From the NCBI RefSeq assembly GCF_008831285.2, contig NC_045138.2, forward strand, positions 7,130,001 to 7,194,000: a stretch of 64,000 nt of DNA. The letters are read 5' to 3'. Below, one piece after another: positions 38,636 through 52,500 of the stretch (positions within the stretch are counted from its first letter, which is position 1; every line of letters begins with the position of its first letter). The notes under the pieces were generated by a model. It had not been told where the DNA came from, did not search any database, and saw only the letters and a list, made by a program, of their open reading frames with translations. Source of the stretch: Nymphaea colorata. Lineage: Eukaryota. The translations under genes were made by a program, and so were the position numbers.

Positions 38636-39931
38636 CTCTCCATTTGCTGTAAGACCTTGCTTATTTTTACTTGTGTGCAGTCATATATATAGTAATAAAT
38701 ATGTTATATGGTAAAGGCTATATATATTCATTTAGTTGTTTATTTATTTTCAACCTTAGAACCAATCAACCCATTTATTATCATAATTATGGTGTAGAAA
38801 ACTGAAATTAATCAATAAGGTGGTTGAGGGCTGAGAAATGTGGCTTATGGGACAAACTAAATACAACTAGTTTATTAAAAGATGACGGCGGAATCTGAAG
38901 AGTCACTTCCTTTATTTGAAAGAAAAGGAAAAAATCGGATGGAAGCTACAGCGCCCTACTAAAAAACTTATTTAAACTAGTGTGAAAACACTCTACCCTC
39001 TTATTTGCCACAGTAGTAGTAAGAAGGGACTTGGCACTAAGAATGAAGAGCAAGGTGTCGTGGGCTCTGTTCTGCTACATTAATGGTGTAGGTCAAAGTT
39101 AGTAGAAACTCATTGTGGCACTTCCATCTTTCTAGCCTTGGGTTGTGGTGGAAGACCAGGACATGGGTGAAGGTGTTGCTGGGAGCAAAATGTCATGTTG
39201 TTGGCTGAACTTGGTAAGTGGTCGGCTTACCTAAAATGGGTTATACAGTTATATGTGGAGAGATGTGGATATATAGAGATATATACTTCTGTTCAAAGGT
39301 ACATATTGTTATATGCAAATGGATATGGTTGCAAGGGAAGAGAGTGATCTGAGGATCCGTCTGAGTGAATCAAGCTATGCAGAGTGAAGTTAGAATGAAG
39401 AAGTTACAGGCAAACTAAACTTTACAAATTTCAGAATTTTTGGTAAGGGATTATTCAAGTATTGCACATGAAATTTCTTATATAATTAAGCAAACATAAG
39501 AAAATCAACTTGTATAGATATATGTACATACATACTTCGATGTAGGATACACGTTATAATCTAAATTATACATGTGGATGTGTTGCAAGGTCTTCAATGA
39601 GGGATGTTTGCTCTTGAGTAGTGGGTTGTAAACTTCATCTAATGTAACGAGTATGAGGGTATACAACTGTAGGCATGTAGCTCATATATATTGTGGTGCT
39701 TTCATCATTGTTGGGCGAATCACGATCCATACCATAATGAAAGTCATAATTGTGAAGATTCTATGAATTGTGGGGATGTAAAGGTTTGATGAAGGCACCA
39801 TGCTTGAAGCAAGAGAACACGACTCAAAGAGAAACACCTAACAATCATGAAAGCACAAAACTAAATAGCAAAAGAAATCCGACAAACCCATTATCAGAAA
39901 ATTCTCCTTTAGGAAAAGAGCTTTGATACCA

Positions 39932-40347
39932 TGTTAAGGTAAGAGCAAAGAAATAAAAGGTAAGAAGAACACACTATGTAAGAGGTTTAGTGATTTGATC
40001 ACCTATGTCCTCTAAAGATTGCTCTTTTTTCTCTGTCTCTATTACAAATCAGAGCGATAAGGTTCTTTTAAATATGGATCTTGATTACATAAATGGTGGA
40101 CATCTGATTTAATACAACTGTCAAAAATTTCAAATTTATTTCACTATTATGGCCATAAATGTCTCTTTGATTCTGCACTCCTTTCTCATGCGCTATTTTT
40201 GAATTTTTGCTATTCTTAACATCATTAATGTTCTTGTCTATTTCCTTTGGTTGTTGCTAGATACGATTTGTAGAATCTCCACAATTATGACTTTTGTTAT
40301 GGTCTGAATAATTATGTGCCTGATCTGGATCTGAGATTTTCTTTACA
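39932..40347 (-). mobile_element. 5' LTR (inverted) of an LTR element, followed by PBS at 39918-39931
   Basis: Reverse complement reads TGTAAAG...CCTTAACA then TGGTATCAAAGCTC; homologous to 43665-44083 in opposite orientation; decayed TSD CATCA at 40348-40352 (reverse complement). Confidence 0.88.
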
Positions 40348-40711
40348 TGATGCACCAAAAATTGATGACCAGGTAACTTATCTCATTTGAAGTGTGCACA
40401 TAAGCACTTGACCTCCAAAAAATCAGCTTAGAAATTTGTTTTTCCATAAAAATGAGTTTTTTAGGCACCAAAACAAAGTTCCTATCTGATCTTTCATGTC
40501 TTCCAAATGGATTTCACATTGCCCCAAGTTGGGAGGTACCATATTAACAATCTTTTCTCCCACAAGTAGAAGCTTCAAAGATTCACCTCTCTAAAAGATT
40601 AAAAACATGCTTCTTTTTTTCTAAGCTTTTATATGCTTAGGTGCCTAATGTTGGGTGACCCAATATCAACATCTAGATATCTACTTAAACTATAACAATG
40701 AGCAGTGAGGT

Positions 40712-43640
40712 TATGAGAAGGCCAAATCTAGATGGGTCATAGTAAGATATTGAAGGGTGCCTACCATACTGCAATACTCTGTTGGATCTTGATAGGAGTT
40801 CATGGATCCTTGAGAAAGAGCCTTTGATGTCCCCTTGGGCGTAAACATGGGTTTTGATCCAAGCATTTTGCCTTGATGTAATAAATCAAGGGCATACTTT
40901 TGCTAAGGCAATATAAGCCCTTGTGATGTCTAATGAACTTCCATGCTGAGAAAATAACTTAGATGTTGAAGATCTTTGAGAGCAAATGTGGAGTTTAAGT
41001 GCATGATAAGAGAGGTAATGAACATTGTATTATTGCTAGTCAGTAATATATCATCCACATAAACTAAAACATAGCACAAAATGTATTTCTTTTTAGCACA
41101 AAATGTGACTTGTCTATTTTAGAGGAAGCAAATTCAAATGATGCAAGAGCATATGCAAGTTTCTGGTACCAAGCTCTTGGAGCTTGTTTTAAACCATATA
41201 TGGCCTTGCAGATTAAATTAGATCCTTTTTCGAATCATTGATATTGTGCCATGTATACAGTTTCTTGAAGATCCCCATTTAAGAGGACATTATGAACATC
41301 TAATTGCCGGATAGGCCATTTGAAGCTAACTGCAATAGAGATGGGAAAATAGAAGGTAGTTGGCTTAACCATAGGATTGAATGTCTCAAAATAATCTATT
41401 TTAGCATGTTGAGTGTACCCTTGAGCTACCAATCGTGCTTTACTACATTCAATAGATTCATTTACCTTTCTCTTAATCTTTTACATCCATTTGCATTCAA
41501 TAATATTATGCCCTGCATGCTTGAGAACTGGAATCCATGTGTGATTTTGAATCAATGCATTATATTCTTAGGTCATAGCATCATTCCACTGACTATATTT
41601 TCAGGCATACTTGTAGAAGCACAGTTCATTTAGGGTCATATTGTATGTTATAAAAACACATGGTAGAAGATGGACTGATGACATGTAGATTTTGGCTAGA
41701 CGAATCTCATTCATGGATCAATAATGCTTAGGCATAAGACCAATAATGCTTAGGCATACAAGAGTGACTCATAAGACTAAGTTCTGTCTCAACAATATGT
41801 GGATGCTTTCTTTCTGCAGCATTGTTTTTGCTCATGTGTGTGTATGCAAGATATGCAGTGAGTAATGCCTTGAGCTTCTATATGTGTTTTGAGTCCAATA
41901 CATTCTTCACCACCATCCATTTGCAATATTTGATTTTCTTTTCACATACATTTTCAACTTTTTGTTTGAAAATTTTGAATACATCAAGGACTTTTGATTT
42001 GCATGATATGAAATAAATCTATGAATACTTTGAGAAGGCATCAATGAAATGCACATAATATTTTTGCTTGTTTAGGCTTAATATGGGCAAAGGCCCCTGC
42101 ATGTCAGAGAACACTAACTCAAGAGGTGTAGAAACAGAATGAATGGAAGAGCATATGCTTTTCCTCTTTGACAATCAACACAAATATTGTTCTCAAATGC
42201 TCCATAATGTGGTAAACTAAAATGCTGAAATATCCGTCGCAGAACTTTATAGGCGAGATGGCCAAGGCATTGATGCCATTTGTCCAAGGAGACCTTCTGC
42301 CCAGTGTATGCTGCCTTATTGCCTGTGTGCAACTTATTCAAAGTTCTATCTTCATCAAACTTCAGAACATAGAGTGCATCATGAACATGCCCTTGCATGA
42401 GTTCTTTCTTGGTTGTTTGATCCTTCACAATACAAGTATTCAGGTAAAACTCAATGAAAGCATCATTATCAATAGTAAATTTTTGGACATAAAGTAAATT
42501 CTCATAGTTGACACATGAAGAATGTCCTTAATAAAAAACTTAGTATTACAAATCTGAAAATATGAAAAGCCAACAGTATGAATAGCCAAATCTGACCCAT
42601 CACCAATGCAGATAGATTCATTGCCATCATAGGTTCTGTGAACGCTCATGGAGTTAAGGTCATTTGCTATGTGGTGTGATGCATTAGAGTTTGGGCACCA
42701 ATAAGCATCGCCCATAGAGGAAGTCATCACGTGGTAAGCACAAAGAAGCGAAGAATTTGAAGATGAAGAAGATGCTTGATGCCTAGCCTGCTTGTTCGGA
42801 GGCTTGATCTTGAAACAAGTTTTTATTGAATTACTTGTTTGATCATAATATTGACATATAATTTTACCTTGATGCCCCTAGTTTTTCTTCCCACCTTCGC
42901 CTATAGAAATTTGTGGCTTTGAAAGGATTGAAACTTTTTGTACCATTCTTATTGGCATTGTTCATGGTAGGACCAGTAAGAGATTCCTCATTTTCCATAT
43001 CAACTAACTGAGATTCTTACGTAAGAAGTAAAACATGCAACTCTGTCAAAGAAATAGGATCTACTCTACTAGTAATAGAGGTCTTAAAGGCTGCATATTC
43101 ATGAGGTAATGCTCTAAGAATGTGAAAGGCAATATCTTCTTCACTAACCATCTTTGACGCCATTGACAATTGGTTATTTATTGTCTTAACTCTATGAAAA
43201 AGTTCATCGATTGTTCATGGGTGATTCTTGAGAGTAGACAATTGTTCTTTTAACTGGAGAACTTTGCTTGAGAGTGGACAACATAAATGTTTCTCAAAGC
43301 ACTCCATACTTCATGAGAAGTTTTCAACCCAACTATTTGAGCATGAATAGGTTCTGACAAAGATGAAATAAGCCAACTAAGCAATAGATAATCTAGTCAA
43401 ACCCAATTGAAAAATTCAGGATGAATTGTCTGAGAGTTATTCTATCTAATAAATTTTGAAGGACAAAGTTTATTTCCATCAATAAGACCATATAAATTAT
43501 AAGAGACGAGCAGTGGTATAAAACTGGCTCTCCCATAAGAGATAGGTGAGCATAACATTAAGAAATAATTTAAGGTAGTTGGAGCTGGCAGTAAGGGAAA
43601 CAAAGAACTTAAGTCAGTGGTTTGACTGTTGCTGTTAGTA
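40712..43640 (-). mobile_element. Decayed Ale-like Copia gag-pol remnant (gag, PR, partial INT, RT), truncated after RT
   Basis: TYLLWESQFIPLLVSYNLYGLIDG, WCPNSNASHHI, WHQCLGH, VAQGYTQ..IDYFETFNPMVK..RQLDVHN, YVDDI, MVGTLQYLT. Confidence 0.85.
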
Positions 43641-43664
43641 GGGGATGATGGGTTTGAGGGAGGA

Positions 43665-44083
43665 CGTAAAGGAAATCTCAGATCTAGATCACACGTGTCA
43701 TGATCCAGACCATAACAGAAGTCAGAATTGTGGATATCCTGTGAACCATGTCTAAAAACAATCAAAGGAAATAGACAAGAACTTTAATGACATTAAGAAT
43801 AGCAAGAATTCAAAAATAGCACATGAGAAAGGAAGACAGCAGAATCAACGAGAGGTTCATGAACATAATAATGGAAATAAATTTGAAATTTTTAATTGTT
43901 GTATTAAATTAGATGTCCACCGTTTATGTAATCAAGATATATATTTAAAGGAAGCTTCTCTCTCTCATTTGTAATAGAGAGAAAAAGAGAGAGCAATCTT
44001 TAGAGAACATAGGTGATTAAATCACCGAACCTCTTACAACATGTGTTTTTGTTACTTTTTATTTCTTTGCTCTTACTTTAACA
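43665..44083 (+). mobile_element. 3' LTR partner of 39932-40347
   Basis: Preceded by PPT GAGGGAGGA (43656-43664); CGTAAAGG...CTTTAACA; followed by decayed TSD TATCG. Confidence 0.88.
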
Positions 44084-44445
44084 TATCGTATATGGGATTC
44101 AATTGTTGGTGTATCGGAAAGAAACAAACCTACTGGAGGTTAGGCCTCCATCCCTTCATTTATTTTTTTTCATATACTTGAATCTGATATGCCATACTTG
44201 GACCCGGTTCAAGTTCTTCTTAACCAAATTCTTATTTCAATCAAACATACCCAACATTGTGGGATTTCTTGGAGCCTAACCAGATCAAAATTTTCTGTCA
44301 TACCAGATCGAGTTAGTCCAAGTTTTTTGGCATGTCTATTTTCTTAAATCAGAACCAAGTTTGTTCCATTGAGAACTAGATCAAAACGCATTTTGACTGA
44401 TTTTTTCTTGATCAGCTGGTTTAGTTTGAGGAGAAGTAATTAAAA

Positions 44446-47400
44446 AATGGAAACAAAATTTAAGTTTGATAAATTTGATCATTATGTCAGCTTTGTGCTT
44501 TGGCAAGTTAAAAAATGAAAGTCCTTCTCGTTCAACAAGGAGCCGAGATGGCACTCTTAGGCATTGAGAACATACTAGGGTTTATGATAGCTGATAGTAA
44601 GCAAGATAGGGATGCCAATGCTAGCTCCTGCAACAACAAAATTCTGCTTGTCCACTAAAGTTTTAAAAGAAGTGGTCCATAAAAAGATCGTGACAGCTCT
44701 ATGGTGAAAGTTGGAGTCCCTCTACCTGAACATGCTCATCAGTAAGCTTCATTTAAAGCAAAAGTTATACTTCATACAAATAAATGAAGTTGTGTCACTA
44801 AATGCCTATTTAGATGAGTTTAATTTCATCATTATGGTTACAGAACATTGCAATGTTAAGATAGAAGAAGAAGATTAGGTTGTCATATTATATGCTTACT
44901 ACTACCCTCTCCTACAAAATTTAGAGAGATTGTCTTTTGGAAGATACACAATTTCCATAAAAGAAGTGAAAACAACTTTTTTGTCCAAAGAGTTGATGGA
45001 TAAAATGTTTATTGAAGCATCATCTCGATGCCAACTTGAAGCTCAACGATAAGGAGAAGTTTCAAGGAGTGAGCAAACAATATAAAATCCAAATCGAAAA
45101 AAAAAGTTCTACAATAGGACAGTGCTACAAACTAATAAATAAAAGAAGCATCGGAATGAAAAAAGCAACATGTTGAAGCCAACATTGCATAGAAAGATGA
45201 ATTTGTCCTACTAGCCACCAAATCCAAGCAGTTGATTGACAATTGGATCTTTGATGCAAGCAGTTCCTACCACATAATGCCCCATAGAGAATCATTCTTT
45301 GTGTTCAAGATTATTGAAGATGGAGCTGTTATCACAGAAAATGATTAATCATTCAAGATAGTTAGGGAACAAACTGTCAAAATGATTCATCATTCAAGAT
45401 ATCATCTCTCTTGGTGCTCCAGAATCAAAAGGATTATATGATACTGGTGAAGGTGGAGTTCTTAAAGCTAGAAGATCTACCTTGGATCTCATTAAATAGC
45501 TAGATCTAGAAATCCATATACATTGCTCTGATCTACAGTCATTGGAGCAGCCACAATATCTCTAACAAGTCAAGATAGTACCAAGTTGAAGCATATGATG
45601 CTTGGGCACATGAGTAAAAGGGAGCCGAGAATACTCTCCAAACAAGAATTACTTGACGGTCAAAGTACTGGAAAGCTAGAGTTACATGAGTATTACATTC
45701 TCCACAAGCAATGGAAAGTAAATTTTGACACTATCATCCACCGCATGAAAGGTATGTTGGATTATATACACTCTAACTTGCGAGGTCACTCTCGAGTACC
45801 ATTTAAAGGTGATGCAAGGTATGGACTCACATTTTTATGACTCGTCAGAGAAAGTCTATGTCTACGTTCTAACATTGTGGTAAAAAACTTTTACTGATTT
45901 TAAGCAGTAGAAGACCCTTACTGAAAATTACACACGCACATGAGTGAAGCCATTGAGAACAAATGATGGTCCTGAGTGTTGCTCAAGCGAATTTCAAACC
46001 TTTTGCAAGAAGACAGTAATCACTCCACAAAAAATAGAGTTGTTGAGCATGAATTGAACTCTTTTAAAGATGGCAAAGAGTTTTGGGTAGACATCATATA
46101 TATATACAACAAGGTATCTAGTAAACTGTCTTTCTTATGCACCATTAAATTTTAGAACTCCAAAAGAAGTATGGTCTGATAAACCTGTTGACTATTTTCA
46201 TTTAAGAGTTTTAGATGCACAATATACATATACTTTAATGAAAGAAAACTTAATCCTTAGACCAAAAAATGTATATTTCTTGGGTATACATTAGAAACAA
46301 AAGGACATAGCTTATGGTGCCTTTATTCTAAAAGCCCTAGAATTATCATTGAAAGAAATGTACTTTTAATGAATCTGAGAAGTATTACCTCAAAAAAAAT
46401 AGTTGCATCTAAAATTGAAAATGTGGAGGGTGACAAAGAGTAGATAGAGTGGCAAATTGGTCTATGGCTTGTCAGCTACATGTCAAATCATTCTCCTCAA
46501 GATGGTAAAACTAGCCCTTCTATTGGAAATCAATCTAGAGGTGATGATCAAGCAGAATTTTCTCCAAAGAAAAATCCATATTCCAATGCCCAAGATAGGC
46601 AAAAGAGAACGGTTCAACCACCATCAAGGTATTCCAAATGTAGTCTTGCTTATGCCCTATTGTCTATAGAAGTGACAAGTGAGGGTAATCAACCTACATA
46701 GTAGGTTGATGCCAACTCAAGTTCAGATTCTAACAAATGGGTGTTGACTATTTATGAATAGTTACGATCTCTTCCTAACAACAAAACATATGTCTTAGTG
46801 TCTCAGTCAAAAAAAAAAAAGAGAATAGTTGGTTGTAAATATGTCATCAACATAAAAGAAACAAGAAAAAAAAAGTTAATTATAGAACACCTCCAGTTGC
46901 CAAAAACTATAGCCAAATATAAGGTACTGATTGTAGTGACATTTTATCTTCTATTGTTAAATAAGCCTCCATTTGTTTAATTTTGGTTGTAATAGCTAAC
47001 CTTGATTTGGATTAGTGTAACTAGATGTATTTATGCAGGGAAACCTAGATGAGCAGGTATAGGCGCAGTAGCTTGAAGGTTTTGTAATTAAAAGAGAATA
47101 TGATCATGTTTGGTTATTAAAAAAAATTCTATGCCCATTAAAGCAATTTCTAAGATTGTGTTACTTGAGATTTGACTCCATTCTTAGCTATGACTTTGTG
47201 AGAAGCAAATATGACTTTTTGTGTACTTTAAGATATCACCCAATAACTCCTTAATCTATCTATTGTTGTTTGTAGATGACATGTTTATAACTACAAAGGA
47301 AATGTTTGAAATTTACAAACTAAAGTAGTTGTTTAACAAAGAATTCAAAATAAAAAACTTGAGTAAGATATTGAGAATCAAAGTACATAGAGACAAACAA

Positions 47401-48030
47401 GAAGGAAAAGTCTATCTCAGCCAATCAATCTAAAGGTAGTGGGCTTCTCGAGTCTCTTTGTCTTTAAATGTCTAGTTTAGACAATTGTGTGCCCAAGGCT
47501 TCTCCACAAACCAGTGAAGAAAAATAGCACATGTCATGTGTTCCTTATGCAATGCTATTAGAAGCATCATGTATGCTATGCTATGCACTTGACTAGACAT
47601 TTCACATGCTCTTAGTGTTGTGAGCAGACACGCATAATCTAGGAGTAGAGCATTAGCAAACCATAAAATGGATTCTATTGTTCGTAAGCAGAGTCTCAAA
47701 TTGTTACTTGGAATTTGGAGGAAAGAAATACACGTTAGTTAGTTATTGAAACTTAGATCTTGCAAGTGAGCAAAACAAAAGGAATTCTCTTACAAGCTAT
47801 TTGTTCACCTCTGGAGGTTATGTAATCAGCTGAAAAGTTTCTTTGCAATCCATAATATTATTCTTAACTATAAAAGCAGAGTATATGGCAATAATTGAAG
47901 CAATAAAGGAAGCCATTTGCCTAAAAGGGTTGTGTGTAGAATTTGACATGAAGCATGAGCATACTACAGTCTTTTGCGACAAAGTGCTATATATCTATCC
48001 AAGGACAAATTATTTCATGACAGAATGAAG
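44446..48030 (+). mobile_element. Decayed Tnt1/Tork-like Copia gag-pol, copy B (gag through RNaseH)
   Basis: Paralog of copy A, continuing through KCIFLGY, VGCKYV, FVDDM, and KAEYMAIIEAIKEAICLKGL. Confidence 0.85.
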
Positions 48031-48103
48031 TACTTGTAGTTAGCTTAACATTGGAGAAAGTATTGTTAACTTTCTTCCTTGTTTTTTTATTGTGGCCAAC
48101 AGA

Positions 48104-48958
48104 AATGTTGCCTTCCTTGTTTGTGTATGTTCATCTATAGACACCATATCACCTAGAGTACAAATAGGTTGATTCCAAAGTCGAGGATTTGCCTTTTGGC
48201 TGCTACATGGCTGACTTCCCAATCCCATTCATTTAGCTATTTTGAAACCAACACAATTTAAATTCCTAGATATGACAATAAAAGCAGACTGCTCAAAGAA
48301 CAATATTTCACTGGAAAAAGCAAAAGCACGAACTCCTTAATTGATATGATTACCAAAATTCTGGTCTAAATGTAAATGAGTTGGATTAATTATTCACCAA
48401 TGTCGGTAGGCAATTCTATGGTTCTACCAGCTTGTGTCACCCATGTTAGACCATGTGCACCCACAATGGTACTAAGGTATGAAGTACTTCTAACATGGTT
48501 AGTTGGGATTTCAAACTTAAAATGAGAAATAATGTTGCCTTCATTGTTTGTGTATGTTCATCTACAGACACCTTATCACCTAGGATATAAATTGGTTGAA
48601 TCCAAAGTCGAGGATTTGCCTTTTGGCTGCTAAATGGCTGACTGCCCAATCCCCATGCATTAGCTATTTTGAACCCAACCAAATTTAAATTCCTAGATAT
48701 GACAATAAATGCAATTTGTTCAAAGAACAATGTTTCACTGGAAAACAAAAGCACAAACTCTTTAATTGATATGATTACCAACATTCTGGTCTAAATGTAA
48801 ATGAGTTGGATTACTTATTCACCAATGTCGATAGGCAGTTATATGGTACTACCAGCTTGTGTCACCCATGTTAGACCATGTGCACCCACAATGGTACTAA
48901 GGTATGAGGTACTTCTAACATGGTTAGTTGGGATTTCAAACTTAAAATGGGGAATAAT
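48104..48958. repeat. About 426-bp tandem duplication
   Basis: AATGTTGCCTTC.TTGTTTGTGTATGTTCATC at 48104 and 48531; colinear to TTCAAACTTAAAATG at 48510 and 48935. Confidence 0.9.
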
Positions 48959-49535
48959 GCAATATATGATTGCCATATTCCTACTTTAAGCTTTTAATTG
49001 TTAAACAAAAACTTATATTACCTTGCCTGAAAAAGTGCATTCATGATGTTGTAAGCTACTTGTTTTTGCATGTAAGTCATTTTTTATGCAATTTCTGTCA
49101 TCCCTCAAGCCCTTATCCTTCCCCACAATGCAACAGATTATCAATCAACAACCTATTTATCATCACATGACCAAATTACACCTTTCTTTGCACCACCTAG
49201 AGTCACATGTTCAATGAAGAGATGCTACCTAATCTCAATTCCATTGGTCATTTTATCAAGTGAACAAGTCGCAGAGAGAGCATGGTTTGTCTAAGAATTC
49301 TTTACCATGGGAAATGAGTCCGAGCATTGATCCTCCTTTGGTTTGTTATCTTGTAATTAACCGCATATGGATTTACATTCAAGTGGCATGTTATCTTGAG
49401 GTTATCTTGTACACTGTTTGTATTATTAATTTACATCAATATATGTCAGTCATACATGTCGTCATCACTTTAGGTGCAACCATCATTTAACCCTGAGCTT
49501 GTCTTGATGTTTGGTCTTTGATTATTTAGATTTAA

Positions 49536-52500
49536 ACTTTGATAATAGGGAAGATCGATGTTGGATCACAAAGAGAAGGAATAGTGATTTGAATGGCATA
49601 GACAATTTCTTTGACTTTACGAGCACTAATAATGTCATTGTGAATGGAAGAATATGTCCATGTGTAAATGCAATAATTTTAGGTCTCAGAAGGTGCTTAA
49701 TGCATTAGATCATATTGTTTGTCATGGATTCATTCAGTCATGTGTTTAGTGGCATGATCATGGGAATCAGTTTTGCCACCTACACAAGAAGAAGGTAACC
49801 AACACTTTGACGTCCAATTTGAAGATATGCATGAAATGTTTGATGATGTTTTTGACATGCACGAAAATGGAACCACTTCAGCTCAGCCAGTCAACCATGT
49901 TATTAAAGAAGGAGAAGGCAATAACGTGTACGAAAGACTAAGTAGAGACACAAAAGATGAACTTTACCCAGGCTGTAGTAGACATACAAAATTGAGTTTT
50001 TTAGTCCACTTGTTTCATATTAAGATTCTATATGAGCAACAAAAGGTTCAGTATGTTCCTTGATCTATTGCATGAAGCTTATTTGACTGAAGTGTAATTA
50101 CCACAGACTATGTATGAGGCCAAGAAGAGCATCATTGATTTTCCATTCGTAGTGAAAGGATAGATATGTGCCCAAAACAAATGCATGTTATGTAGGAATG
50201 AGTCCAATTCAAAAGATTCTAACAATCATTCTAAAAAAGGCAAGAACACCAATAAAGACTATACATTATTTGCCGAATTGCACCGCGACTGAAAAAAATT
50301 GTTCATAATATTAAACATTGCACGACAGATGACATGGCATTTTGAAATCTGCGTTAAAGATAGAGTCTTGAGACACTTAGCAGATGGGATTGGCATGGAA
50401 GAGTTGATTAAATGAATTCATCTTTTTCAGTAGATGGTCGTAATGTATGACTTGGTTTAGCAAGCAATGGTTTCAATCCATATAAAATTTTGACCTCAAC
50501 CTATAGCATCTAGCCTGTTTTATTAGTCGTCTATAATCTTCACATAGATGTGTATGAAATAGTCTTATACCATTTGACAATTCATTAAACTAATGAGGTG
50601 CGTTTGGGTGGGCCTGTACAATATCATTGGATGTATCTTATTGGGCGGTATGTAATTTTATTTTCTAACAATTGTTAGTTGTGTTTGCATATTTAGGAAC
50701 ATCTTTCTATTCTTATATTATGTTGGTACTTATTGAAACTGAAGAAAAATCACATATGTGTTAGTAGCATTGAAATATACTAATTAGTCTACTATATCTA
50801 ATTTTGACATTTTCTATGTTACAGATTCAACGACAACATGATCATCAAAATCAACATATACCAGAAGATATTGTATGATTGTTTCAATTTCTCAAAAAAA
50901 AAATGCATTGCAATACAACGGTTTATATCTAATGAGTTTAGATTCATATAAGGGACAAAGAAATGAACATGAAGTAACAAAATAATAGAGTACTCATACT
51001 TGCAGAGACTTCTAGTTTCTCATGTTCAAGAGATAGAAATCCTGTGATTGGTGAAGTTCCATATTATGGATTTGTCATGACATTGTAGAGGTCATTTATA
51101 TAGAGACCCTACACTTTGTTCTATTCAAATGTGAATAGTACAATGTACTTAGTTTACATGGTCGTCGTATTAAGCAAGTCGAATTTGAATTCATACTCAT
51201 CAACATCAACTTTCAATGTATGAAAAATAAACCTTTCATTTTAGCATAACAAGTGCAACAAGTTTTTTACATATAGGACCCGATAGAAAGTGATTGACAT
51301 ATTGTTATTAAACCAAAACCTAGAGATATATATGACATTTTACAAAAAGAAGTAGTGGTTGGTAATAGTGATTGTAACATCGATATAGACTTGCATAACA
51401 TGGCAGTTGCAAATGTTGATAATGTGAATGATATTATAACTTGGGTTCGAGAAGATGTACATGGCATCGCTGTTAATCAATCTCCCATAGGTGGTTGGCA
51501 TGTATCAACATGATAGATATTTCTTTTTAAATTAATTATATAATTTTTTTTATTTCACATTGATAAATGTTGTCTTTTTTACATAGATGGTTGGTACGAT
51601 GTACTTAATTTACATCTAATATTATGTGATAATCTGGTCTTTTGTTAGATGACTTCTCGATGGCAATATATACCACTGATGTATGAAAGCATGGACGAAG
51701 ACATTGAGGTAACATTGTTCATCAATATTTTCACTCACTGAAGTTTATATTCACTGACTTAATTTCTGCAATAATTTCACTTATTTTGTTTAACATATAT
51801 TCACTTGTTTGCAGTACCTCCACCAAGACACACCCGGGGATTGACTCGAGCTCTTGCCACTGCAACTTTGAGACATGAGCAAAAACATAATTTGCATGTG
51901 AACACACTCAAACAGCCAATCGGTAGAGAAGCACAAATTTTTATGACATATATTGCAACGTTGGTACGAGACCCAGAAAGCACACCATTGATATTTCACA
52001 AGTGGTCAGAACTGCCTAATTCATTTAGAGTAGATTTTTGGAAACAATTGCAGGTTATTAATATTGTTTTCATATTAAATTTTAAAGCTTTAATGTTATA
52101 TGCCATTTGTTAACAATTCTACTTTGTCCTATATGTTGAATTGATAGGAGAAATTTGAGGTTTCTAATGAGCAGAAATTTGTCGTACACAAGTGAGCATT
52201 ACAGAAATACAAACATGCCTCTTTAGATTATAGAGGTATGAACTGAGGAAAGTACACAAACAATTTAAAACTTTTGAAACTCGTAAACCCCAACTTGTCA
52301 AGTACGAGATTCCAGATGAACAGTTGGAAACTATTATTAAGCAATTTATAGGAAGTTGATGAAAAGCATACACAAAACGTGCACAGCTAAAGTACCAACA
52401 AATTATAGGTACACAAAGCTTTGCATGATTTAAATAAAGAAGGTAATTATAAATTACATCAGTTTGAGTTTAAATTTCTAGTTGAAGATTAATATTGAAC

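Noticed and set aside
39040..39215. Exon-like tract ending in GTAAGT inside the inverted LTR element
   Set aside because: No recognisable peptide; too weak to call captured cargo.
39932..44083. Novel retroelement with terminal inverted repeats
   Set aside because: PBS, PPT, TSD and the inverted flank are better explained by a normal LTR pair plus an inversion.
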